A stretch of DNA of 64,000 nucleotides, from the NCBI GenBank assembly GCA_965248925.1, contig CBDFLE010000006.1, forward strand, positions 928,001 to 992,000, given 5' to 3'. Origin of the DNA: Candidatus Multivoradales bacterium (GTDB lineage Bacteria; Acidobacteriota; Thermoanaerobaculia; Multivoradales; J023). A model generated the notes under the pieces. That model worked only from the letters and a program-made list of their open reading frames with translations, did not search any database and was not told the DNA's origin. The translations under genes and the position numbers were made by a program. Of this stretch, positions 54,760-64,000 are shown in pieces. How positions within the stretch are numbered: position 1 is the first letter of the stretch; each line of letters begins with the position of its first letter.

Positions 54760-55497
54760 TCAATCCTCATCCTCGGCTGGGAAGAGTAGGTTCTCGACCA
54801 CCTCCTCGCCGCGCAGGCGAAGCTCGCAGGTCGGCTTGCCGAGGGGCTCCAGAGTGCGATCCGGGTGACAAAGCAGGGCACCGCCAAATGGCACCCCGTA
54901 GCCTGGGGTGTGCGGGCCCGCTCGCTGAACCCCTTCCTTGAGAGTCCGCCAGCCACTGGCCTCCTCGTGGGCACCGATCAGGTAAGGCAGGATCTTGGAG
55001 GTCTCGATCCACTCACCGGTCGGACTCCAGCCACCCAGACCTAGCTGGACCGAGCCTGCGGAAACACCGATCAACAGGGCTCCCTCGCGATGGCGACGCT
55101 CCAAGCTAGATGCCAGGCCATTGCGCTCGAAAGCCCGCCAGCCGCGCTCCACATCGCCACCGGCGAGCAAGATCAGATGAGCGTCTTCGAAGAAGTGAAA
55201 ATCCTCGGCCTCCAGCTCGCTCGGGATCATCCGCCGCTGCTCGACACCGGCCTCGTCCATCGCCGCCTCGAAGATCGAGTAGAAGGATGGATCGTCGCCA
55301 TTGGACGCGCCGACATAGGCCGCCAACGGCCGCGGGGTGGGCAGCTGTCGGCACAGCGAGCCGAGGAAGGACTCGCCGCCGCGGCGCCAGAATAGCGGCT
55401 GGCTATCAGCGAACAAATAGATCGGCTGCACATGAGCGCCAGGCTCTGCGTAGCGGATCTGGTCTAGTGCATCGGGCTCAACTGGGTTCTCGCTCAC
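54760..55497 (-). CDS. Peptidase S51 (dipeptidase E/cyanophycinase-like)
   Basis: LILLAGGDV, GVSAGS nucleophile, AHEE. Confidence 0.8.
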   Translation of the reverse strand: MSENPVEPDALDQIRYAEPGAHVQPIYLFADSQPLFWRRGGESFLGSLCRQLPTPRPLAAYVGASNGDDPSFYSIFEAAMDEAGVEQRRMIPSELEAEDFHFFEDAHLILLAGGDVERGWRAFERNGLASSLERRHREGALLIGVSAGSVQLGLGGWSPTGEWIETSKILPYLIGAHEEASGWRTLKEGVQRAGPHTPGYGVPFGGALLCHPDRTLEPLGKPTCELRLRGEEVVENLLFPAEDED

Positions 55498-55803
55498 TAA
55501 TAGACTCCATCCGAAAGAAGGCCGAATCTATCAGCCCAACAGCCACCAGCGGCCCCACGAAGAGAATCTTCCACCGCCGACGACCAGATTCGACCGCCAA
55601 CTACGCGCCCTCCATGAAGGCGCTGATCGACAACGTTGGAGCGAAACTTCTTGGGCCTGGGACTGACACAAAATGGCCGTCGCTGGCAGCGCAATCCGCA
55701 GCATCAGGGGGAGCAACCGGGCAGGCCGAACCTTCCCGCCAGCCAAAGCCCGCGGGCAGGAAGGACCAGTACATTTAGAACGAGCAGGTGGAGCGGCAGA
55801 CGC

Positions 55804-56259
55804 CTACAAGCTGCGCTTCTTGCGCCGCAGATTGCGTCGGCTGCCCTTGGGCCGGGCGATACGTGCCGCGGCACCGCCGCCGGCACCGCCGCCGCCGCCG
55901 CCGCCGCCGCGGGGGGCACCACCGCCCCAATCGGACTCGAAGAAATCGCCGCCGCCCGCTGGCGGGCCACCACCGTAACGCGGGCCACGAGGCATTCGCG
56001 GTGAACGCGGACGGCGCTCAGCCGCCTCGCTCACCCGCAGCTGGCGTCCGCCAAGCTCATGCCCATCAAGTTTCTCGACCGCCTTGACGGCTTCTTCAGA
56101 GCTGGCGAACTCGACGAAGGCAAAGCCTCGCGGTCGGCCGGTGGCGCGATCGGTGGGGATAAACAGGTCGACGACTTCACCCACGTCGCCAAACAGGGTG
56201 GCGAGCTCGTCGCGAGTGGTTTGGAAGTTCAGATTGCCGACGAAAAGCTTGGCTGCGAT
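55804..56259 (-). CDS. RRM RNA-binding protein with a Gly-rich tail (ATC start)
   Basis: RNP2 KLFVGNL and RNP1 RGFAFVEF; in-frame TGA at 56280 with no ATG/GTG/TTG before RNP2. Confidence 0.88.
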   Translation of the reverse strand: MAAKLFVGNLNFQTTRDELATLFGDVGEVVDLFIPTDRATGRPRGFAFVEFASSEEAVKAVEKLDGHELGGRQLRVSEAAERRPRSPRMPRGPRYGGGPPAGGGDFFESDWGGGAPRGGGGGGGGAGGGAAARIARPKGSRRNLRRKKRSL

Positions 56260-56431
56260 GACCTTTTCCTCTCTAATTCAGTGAACGTATACAAGGGGAT
56301 GTTAGCCGAGCAGCCGGCGACTGTCAAAACCCTATTTGCAAAGCCAATTATCTCTCCCTCCGCCGCCATCCCCCGCGCTTCGCGCGGCAGCCTATGGACG
56401 CGGAGCCAAAGAGCCCTTGGCCGCCGCCGAC

Positions 56432-58387
56432 TCAGCGCTGCAAGTAGGTGTAGCCCTCCAGGCCTTGGCAGTAGAGGTCGATCAGCTGCCGGGCCTGCGA
56501 ACGATTCATGCGGCCGGCCTCGAGGGCACCCTCGATATTGCGACGCAGCTGGCGTAGCAGCTGGCGATCATCATACTCGACATAGGCCAACACCTCGCTG
56601 ATGGTATCTCCCGGTACGACGTGCTCAATCCGGTATCCACCGTCCTGGTCGAGCGAGGCGTGCACGGCATGGGTGTCGCCGAATAGATTGTGCAGATCGC
56701 CGAGGATCTCCTGATAGGCACCCACCAGGAAAGCTCCCAGGTAGTAGGGCTGCTGGTCGAGGGAGTGCAGCTCGAGTTCAGGCTGGCCACCCGGCGGGCC
56801 AATGAAGCAGTCGACAACCCCGTCCGAATCGCAAGTTATGTCGGCCAGCACACCACGACGGCTGGGGAACTCATCCAGGCGATGGATCGGCATCAGCGGG
56901 AAAAGCTGGTCGATGGCCCAAGTATCGGGTAACGACTGGAACAAGGAGAAGTTGGTGAAGTAGATGTCCGCAAGCCGCCGGCCGAGAACCTCAAGCTCAC
57001 CGGCAGGTGCGGCGCAGGCGGCACGCTGCAACTGCCAAACCCGACGACAGAGGGCCTCGAAGATGTCTTCAGCCAGCACTCGCTCCTCAAGCGACAAGTG
57101 GCCAAGATTAAACAGGCTGAGGCATTCGTCGCGATACTGCAAGGCGTCGTGATACGCCTGGCGGCAGGTCGTCGCGTTGAGCCCATGAAAGGCCTGCAGC
57201 AGATGCACCAAGGGCGGCTCGGCGTCGGCGGGAGGTGCCGACGGGATCTCAACCCGCCGCGGCTGGCGCACGTCGAGGACTTCGAGCACTAACACCGCAT
57301 GGTGCGCCACCGTCGCTCGGCCAGCTTCGCTCACCACCACCGGATGGGGCACTCCCTCGGCATCACAGATCTCTTGAATACCGAAAATCACGCCGTTGGC
57401 GTACTCCTGCAGGGAGTAGTCGATCGACGAGCCCGCGCTCGACCGCGAGCCGTCGTAGTCGACCCCGAGACCACCGCCTACATCGAAGTAGCCCAAGGGC
57501 GCGCCGAGGCGGATCAACTGCACGTAGACCCGCGCCGCCTCACGCCAGGCTTCCTTGAGATTGCGAATCGAAGAGACTTGGCTACCGAGGTGAAAGTGCA
57601 ACAGTTCGAGCCGGTCGAGCAAACCCCGACGGCGCAGCAGCGCCACCGCCTCGACCATCTCGCGAGCGCCGAGGCCAAATTTGGAGCGCGCACCCGCAGA
57701 AGCCTGCCAATGGCCCGAACCGCGGGTCGCCAGCCGGGCGCGCAGGCCAAGCCGCGGCGCAACCCCAGTTCGCTGAGCCACCTGCAATATCAGCGGCAGC
57801 TCTGCCGGCTTCTCCAGCACCAGGATGACCCGCGGCCCAAGTCGCGACGCCAGCAGAGCCGCCTCGATGTACTGCTCATCCTTGTAGCCGTTGCAGATCA
57901 CCAAAGCCTCAGGATTGTCGAGCAGCGACATCACCGCCAGCAGCTCAGGCTTGCTGCCGGCTTCCAGGCCATAGTGAAACGGCCGGCCGGCCGCCACCAG
58001 CTCTTCGACCAGAAAGCGGTTCTGATTCACCTTGATCGGGTAGACCGGGCGATAGGCAGCCTGGTAGCCATGGGCTGCGATGGCGTTGGCGAAGGCACTT
58101 TGAATCTCCGCCAACCGTGCCTTGAGGACATCGGAGAAGCGAATCAGCAGCGGCGGATCGATGCCCCGTTCGACGATCTCATCCACCAACCGTTTGAGAT
58201 CCAGCCCGCCACTACCGACCACCTCCGGCGCCACCTCGATGTGGCCGCGGGGGTTGATCGAGAAAAATCCTCGGCCCCAACTGTCGACCCGGTAGAGCTC
58301 GCGAGAATCTTTGATCGTCCAGCAGGCCTCGGCGGGGCGCGAAGACGGTCTTGCGGCATTGGCTCGGAGTCGGCTGGACATCGGCAT
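56432..58387 (-). CDS. speA: Biosynthetic arginine decarboxylase
   Basis: VYPIKVNQ (PLP Lys), GLEAGSKPEL, HFHLGSQ, DVGGGLGVDYDG, DITCDSDG, GAYQEILGDLHNLFG. Confidence 0.96.
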   Translation of the reverse strand: MPMSSRLRANAARPSSRPAEACWTIKDSRELYRVDSWGRGFFSINPRGHIEVAPEVVGSGGLDLKRLVDEIVERGIDPPLLIRFSDVLKARLAEIQSAFANAIAAHGYQAAYRPVYPIKVNQNRFLVEELVAAGRPFHYGLEAGSKPELLAVMSLLDNPEALVICNGYKDEQYIEAALLASRLGPRVILVLEKPAELPLILQVAQRTGVAPRLGLRARLATRGSGHWQASAGARSKFGLGAREMVEAVALLRRRGLLDRLELLHFHLGSQVSSIRNLKEAWREAARVYVQLIRLGAPLGYFDVGGGLGVDYDGSRSSAGSSIDYSLQEYANGVIFGIQEICDAEGVPHPVVVSEAGRATVAHHAVLVLEVLDVRQPRRVEIPSAPPADAEPPLVHLLQAFHGLNATTCRQAYHDALQYRDECLSLFNLGHLSLEERVLAEDIFEALCRRVWQLQRAACAAPAGELEVLGRRLADIYFTNFSLFQSLPDTWAIDQLFPLMPIHRLDEFPSRRGVLADITCDSDGVVDCFIGPPGGQPELELHSLDQQPYYLGAFLVGAYQEILGDLHNLFGDTHAVHASLDQDGGYRIEHVVPGDTISEVLAYVEYDDRQLLRQLRRNIEGALEAGRMNRSQARQLIDLYCQGLEGYTYLQR

Positions 58388-58850
58388 GGCCCTCGCGGTC
58401 TGGCGCCCTCGGAATCTGACCCACCGATCCGACCCTCCAGCAGAAGGAACCATCCCAGGAAAGGAGTGGGTTCTAGCACGCGGATGAACGGCCTCGGCGA
58501 CAAGATCCGGCAGTGATCGAAGTCTGGTCTGAGGCCCACGGCCCACGACAATCTACAACTCTAGCAAGGCTGTCGACCAGCTTCTAGAAGGAAACACCGA
58601 GAACCACCGGGTGATCACCTGGAGCCTATCGGTTAGCAATCTAAGTATGCTAAAATTATAGGTTAGCTATTCAAGCTATTCAGATGTCAAGAGGAGTGCG
58701 AGGTCTTGGTGGAGGTCTCTCCCTAAGGGTTCTTGAGTGTCTGCAATCTAGTAATTTCTCTTTATCGACTAGGAAAAAAGCGTTTCTATTCGGTTCGTAG
58801 GTCTGTTTCTTTTACGGACCGCTGCCCGTGGAGCGGTTCAGTTATCCGCT

Positions 58851-60344
58851 GTGATGCCGATCGAGACTGATATTTTCATCAGTTACGCCCACCTCGACAA
58901 CGAGGTCGTCGGAGCTGAGACCGAAGGGTGGATCTCATGCTTCCACCGCTCTCTGGAAGTCCGCTTGGCCCAGCTGCTGGGTCACAAGCCACGGATCTGG
59001 CGCGATCCCAAGCTGCAGGGAAACGACTACTTCGGCGACGAGGTCAGCGAGCAGCTGCCCCGCGTGGCCACCCTGATCCCGGTCTTGACGCCACGCTATA
59101 TCCGCTCCGAATAGTGCCAGCGAGAGCTGGAGACTTTCCTGGCCGAAAGCCGCTACGCCGGCCGCGAGCGGATCGGCAACCAGGCCACGGTTTTCAAGAT
59201 CGTCAAGACACCGATCCCGATCACCGAGCAACCCACGCCGATCCAGGACCTGCTGGGCTACGACTTCTTCAAGCTCGACCCCAAAACTCTGCGAGTTCGC
59301 GAGCTCAGCCAATCACAGGAATCTGAATACCAGCGCGAATACTGGGCTCGCTTCGAAGATCTGGCACAGGACATCGGCAAGCTGCTCGAGCAGCTTGCCG
59401 ACGACGACCCACCCTCTACCCCGGCAGCCGGCCAGAGAAACCGGGGCAAGGTCTATCTGGCCGACACCACCTTCGACCTGCGCGAGTCCCGCGACGCCCT
59501 GAAGCGCGACCTGCAGCAGCACTGCTACACCGTGCTGCCCGACCGCACTTTGCCACCGATCGCTCCGGAGCTCGAAGCTACGGTTGCTGCGGGGCTGGCC
59601 GAGACGGCCCTCTCGATCCACCCGATCGGCGCCAATTACGGCTTCGTTCCTGAAGGCGCCACTTGCTCGGTGCTGGAGATCCAGAATGAGCTGGCCATCG
59701 CTCGCCATATCGAGGGCGGCATGCAGCGGTTGATCTGGATCCCCTCCGATCTGGTGATCGAGGATCCGCGTCAGCTCGCTTTCGTCGACCTACTGCGCCA
59801 GGACACGCGTGCTCAAACCGGCGCTGATCTGATGGAGACCACGCTCGAAGACTTCAAGCTGGTCATGCATCAGAAGCTCGCCCCACCACCTGAAGACGAA
59901 GCTACCGATGGCGATAGTGATGGCGATGGCGACCCGCTGCAACGCGTCTACCTGATCTGCGATCGGCGCGATTTCGAAGCCGTCGCGACCCTTGAAGACC
60001 GTCTCGTTGACCTTGGCTTCGAGGTCATCCTGCCGGCCTTCGACGGCGACGAGGCGCAGGTCCGCGAAGACCACCTGGAGAATCTCAAAATCTGTCAGGC
60101 GGTGCTGATCTTCTGGGGTCAGGCCAACGAGTTCTGGCTCCGCGCCAAGCTGCGCGACCTGCTCAAGATCGGTGGCTACGGTCGCCGCCAGCCCCTGGCT
60201 GCCAAAGCGATCTGGGTAGGCTCGCCAGCCAGCCCACGCAAGCAGCGTCTACGCACCCATGAGGCCGCAGTGATCCATGCCGAGGCCGGCTTCGACGACG
60301 CCCTCCTCGGCCCATTCCTGGAACATCTGGCAACCCCCGAGTGA
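58851..60344 (+). pseudogene. Multi-TIR-like domain protein with an in-frame TAG at 59112-59114
   Basis: DIFISYAHLDN...RYIRSE*CQREL; the frame then stays open to 60344 (KVYLADTT and RVYLICD...DHLENLKICQAVLIFWG domains). Confidence 0.8.
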
Positions 60345-61140
60345 TGAGCTGCGTTCAGCCAATCAACCTCGACAACCCGTTTCCGGGCCTGCGCGCCTTC
60401 GAACCAGAAGAGGAGCATCTGTTCTTTGGCCGCGAAGAGCAGGTCGACGAGCTGATGCGGCGACTGCGTCGCACCCGTTTCCTGACCGTCGTCGGCAGCT
60501 CGGGCAGCGGCAAATCGTCGCTGGTGCGCTCGGGATTGATCCCGGCGCTGCACAGCGGCTACATGGTGGAGGCCGGCTCGAGCTGGCGCATCACCGTCTT
60601 CAGGCCCGGCGACGATCCGATCGGCAACCTTGCCGAAGCGTTGGTCGATCCGGAGGTGATCGGTGATCCCGAGCAGCCGCCGGCGATGCTGCGCGGCATC
60701 CTCGAAGCAACCTTACGACGCGGCAACCGCGGCCTGCTCGAGGCGGTTCGCCAGGCCAAGATGGGGAAGCACGACAACCTGATGTTGGTGGTCGATCAGT
60801 TCGAGGAGATCTTCCGCTTCAAGCGTAGCGCCAACAAATCGGCGGTGGGCGATGCCGCCGCCTTTCTCAAGCTGCTGCTTGAAGCCGCCAAGCCAGACGA
60901 TCTGCGAGTCTACATAGTGCTCACCATGCGCTCCGATTTCCTCGGTAGCTGTGTCGAATTCCACCGTTTGCCAGAAGCGATCAACCAAGGCCAGTACCTC
61001 GTACCGCGGATGACCCGTGACGAACGTCGGGCGGCGATCGAAAGCCCAGTGGCGGTAGCCGGTGGCGAGATCTCTCCCCGCCTGTCGCTGCGACTGCTCA
61101 ATGATGTCGGTGACAATCCCGATCAGCTGCCGATCCTGCC
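60341..61140 (+). pseudogene. nSTAND1-like NTPase, truncated
   Basis: NPFPGLRAF, FFGRE, GSSGSGKSSLVRSG, VDQFEE, TMRSDF; breaks off after DQLPIL. Confidence 0.85.
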
Positions 61141-62587
61141 AGGGCAACGATCGCACCCTCTTTCTGATCGATGGAGTGGAGGAGAACGATCTGTGGTCGA
61201 ACATCGCCTATCTTTCGCGCCAATACCCGCTGTCCGACATCGACCGCATCGAGGTGGTCTACGGCCCGGCATCGACCATGTATGGCCCCAATGCTTTCGT
61301 CGGGGTGATCTCGATCTTGACCAAGAACGCCCGCCAACTAGTCGCCGCGGGCGAACGCATGGCGCTCCGCGCCGAGGCCGGCGGTGGTAGCTGGTCGACT
61401 TCCTGGGTCGACGCCACGGTGGCGGCGCGCAGTGACTCTGGCAGCGTCGACTTCACCCTCACCGGCCGCTTCTACAGCTCGGAGGAGTTTGACCGCTCGA
61501 GCTTTGCCGACTGGGACTACGACCCGTCCTTCTACGCTCCGGAGAACGACGCGGTGCGCGGTGGCAGCAATTACCGCGGCCTCAACACCGAGCAGACCGA
61601 GCGCGCCCGCGACGATCTCAAGCTGGTGCTCGGCGGACGCCTCGACAACAACGACGCCGGGGCCCGGGTCGGGGTGCTCGACGCCGCGGGAAATCCGCTG
61701 GTGGTGACCGGCGCTATGGCAGTGAGTTCAATCCCCGCCTGGCGGTGGTCTACAGCCCCGGTGATCTGGTCCTCAAAGCGATTTACGCAGAGGCCTTCAA
61801 GGACGCCTCGAATTTCAACCGGTACGCCACCGCCGCCGGCATTCGGGACCTGCAGAACCCGTTTCTCAAGCCTGAGAAAATGGAGAATTTTGAGCTCGCC
61901 CTGGGCTGGGAGGGGGCGGCCCGGTGGAGCACTCAAACCAGCATCTACCAGGCAACCTACAGTGGCGCGGTCGGCCAAGTGCGGGTGCCGTTTCAGGGCG
62001 GCAGCACCGTCCAAAACCAGAATGTCGGCGCTCTCAAGATCCACGGACTGACGACCTCCGCGCGGTACCGGCGCGAGGGCTTCGGACTGTTCGCCAACTA
62101 CAGCTGGACCGAGCCGAAGAACCTCCAGCCCAGGGACAGCGCGGGCGACCGCTACCTCGACCCCGACGGCCGGCCAATCGCTGAGGTGCGGCTTGGCGAC
62201 ATCGCCGAGCACCGTCTCAACCTGGGCCTCGACCTGGCATGGCGGGTGCACTTCGAGTTCGACCTGCGGCTGTCATGGGTCGGTGACCGCGACACCTTCG
62301 ATGTTTGCAGCAACTGCCTGCCAGGTGGAGGCACCAGAGACGGCGAGCCTCCAGCGATGGCGACTGTCGGCAATCCGCTGCGCGAGATCGACGCCTATCT
62401 CGATGTCAACGCCACTCTGACCTGGAAAGATCCACTGCCCGCCAGCCGCCTGCAGCTGGTGCTGCGGAATCTGCTCGACAGCGAGTACGAGCACCCCGGA
62501 GTCCGCAGCGCCGATGGCAGGGTGTTCGCCACCAGCCAGCCGCAGAACGAGCGCAGCATCTTCCTCCGCTGGGCGGTGGGATTCTGA
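61141..62587 (+). pseudogene. TonB-dependent receptor fragments (5' missing, internal deletion, frameshift at ~61712)
   Basis: Plug LFLIDGVEEN...IEVVYGPASTMYGPNA; barrel LKPEKMENFEL...RNLLD...WAVGF. Confidence 0.8.
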
Positions 62588-62612
62588 GCCGGTGGAACCA
62601 CGAAGAAATCCG

Positions 62613-63293
62613 TTGGGCAGCCGGCCAGCGACTCGCGTCGACTTCATCAAGACTTCGCCGAGCGGCAACATCACGGCGCTGGTGCTACCGCTGGTGAAGC
62701 GCTCGCGGCAGGTCGAGATCGCCCATCGCCTGCTGCGCTACGACCCGCAGCTCGAGCAGGTCGGATTCGTCGAGCCCGCAGCGGGCAAAGCTATGGCCCG
62801 ACTACAGATGATGGGCGGCGAACTGTGCGGCAACGGCGCCTGTGCGCTGGCCTGGCATCTGCGATCCCAGGTCGAACCAGTGGCCGAAGGTAGGCGCCGC
62901 CTGCGGCGGGCGATCATCAGCCCCCACAACCTGCCGTCTCTAGCCACTTTTCTCAACCACTGCGGCCATCTGGTAGAGCACTCCTACCCTCAGCTGCGGG
63001 GCTACGGCGAGCCCCGGTTGGCGGTGTGTGCGCAGCTCAGCGGCGCTGCCGATCTACACTACCGCATCGATCCAGCCTGCCTCGATCAACAGCTGGGGAG
63101 CGGCCAGGAAGGCGAAGACCATCTGCTGATCGATGGCACCAACCCGGCCGCTCTGCAGACCGCCCAGGCGCGGGGCTTCTACCCGGTGGCCCTACTGCCC
63201 TACACCGAAGACAGCGCCACTACGCACCTGCTGGGGTTACCCGCCAAGCGTCTCGCACTGCGCTATTCTGGGCCGCCCGCAAGGGTCGACTGA
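62613..63293 (+). pseudogene. DapF/CntK-like epimerase N-terminal half joined to an unrelated segment
   Basis: SPSGNITALV, QVGFVEP, RLQMMGGELCGNG; second catalytic half absent. Confidence 0.6.
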
Positions 63294-64000
63294 TGCGCTT
63301 CAGCTTCCGGCGCCAGCTTCTCGAATTATTCGAGATTCGCTCTGGCGAAGGCCTTGCGATCGGTCTGCTACTGCTCTACTCGTCGTTGTCGGGCATTGTC
63401 GTAGGGTTCTATTTCACGGTCGCCAACGCCGCTTTCCTGAGCCAGTTCGACCTCTCCCAACTGCGCCAGATCCTACCCTTCGCCTATATGGCTTCGGGGG
63501 TCGTGGCAGCGCTGGCGGCGGCTCTTTTCGCTACCGCCGAGCATCGTCTCTCGCTACCCACGCTGCTGCTTGGCAATACGGCCTGCTTATTTTTCGTCGT
63601 GGGGGGCTTCGCGGTGGGATTCGGGCGCTCCAGCGGCGACCTGCTCAGCATCGCCAGCATTGTCTTCGTCGTCCCCATCCTGACCTTGCTCGATCTCGGC
63701 TTCTGGGGGTTTGGCCGGAGGTCTGCTCGACCTCGAACAGAGCAAGCGCCTACTCGGCGTCGTCAGCTCGGGCGAGGTGCTGTTAGCAGCGCTGAGCTTC
63801 CTCGCCGTGCCGTTGCTCTTCGACGCTGGCTTCGGCGCCGTGCTGCTGCTGACTCTTGCCACCGCCGCCTTACTCGCGACCCTACTCCTACTGCCGGTGA
63901 TCTTCGCCTGCCACCGGCAACGCCTCGAGGACAGCGGCGAGACTCTCGCCGAGCGATCCGCCGATGAGCCGGACGCGGCAGTCCAGAACAGCGCGGCGCG
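63293..64000 (+). CDS. NTP/NDP-exchange (Npt/TLC-like) MFS membrane protein, frameshifted at a G run (~63705-63709), runs off the window
   Basis: EIRSGEG, ANAAFLSQF, LPFAY; after removing one G it reads FWGLAGGLLDLEQSKRLLG. Confidence 0.7.

Noticed and set aside
53838-54974. 378-aa minus-strand ORF
   Set aside because: Antisense to the beta-barrel gene; no motifs.
55868-55930. GCC trinucleotide tract
   Set aside because: Simply encodes the Gly-rich tail of the RRM protein.
57299-58516. 405-aa plus-strand ORF
   Set aside because: Antisense shadow of speA.
52778-59114. Genome-wide stop-codon reassignment
   Set aside because: TAG and TGA both end many intact genes here; the two internal stops are different codons, each one change from TGG.

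Overview
High-GC bacterial DNA (style suggests an Acidobacteria/Myxococcota-like host; this is inference). The main feature is a ~37.3-kb HK97/lambda-like siphovirus prophage (4723-42062) bounded by a 14-bp direct repeat, TAGCGTAGATTTCG. The repeat lies in codons 3-7 of a REP-associated HUH (Y1) tyrosine transposase: the ATG-GGA start sits at the right junction (42068) and the gene body at the left, next to an array of REP-like hairpins (3323-3581). The prophage has an integrase, a back-to-back CI/Cro promoter switch and a TPR gene. It also has an early-region amidase, a minimal family-X polymerase, C5 and N6A methyltransferases (the C5 gene carries a nested alternative-frame ORF) and an iteron-like origin. 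Its tail-tip-like genes sit upstream of the terminase, the capsid gene has a structured leader, and the tail chaperone has a -1 frameshift. To the right of the prophage are a Ser/Thr kinase-caspase gene and a DUF3800 gene with a convergent small-RNA unit, bracketed by a duplicated kinase 5' end. Further right come a TonB receptor/IclR/CoA-transferase cluster, an RRM protein that appears to start at AUC, speA, and a decayed TIR / STAND NTPase / TonB receptor / epimerase / transporter locus. All family calls come from motif recognition by eye; no database searches were run.
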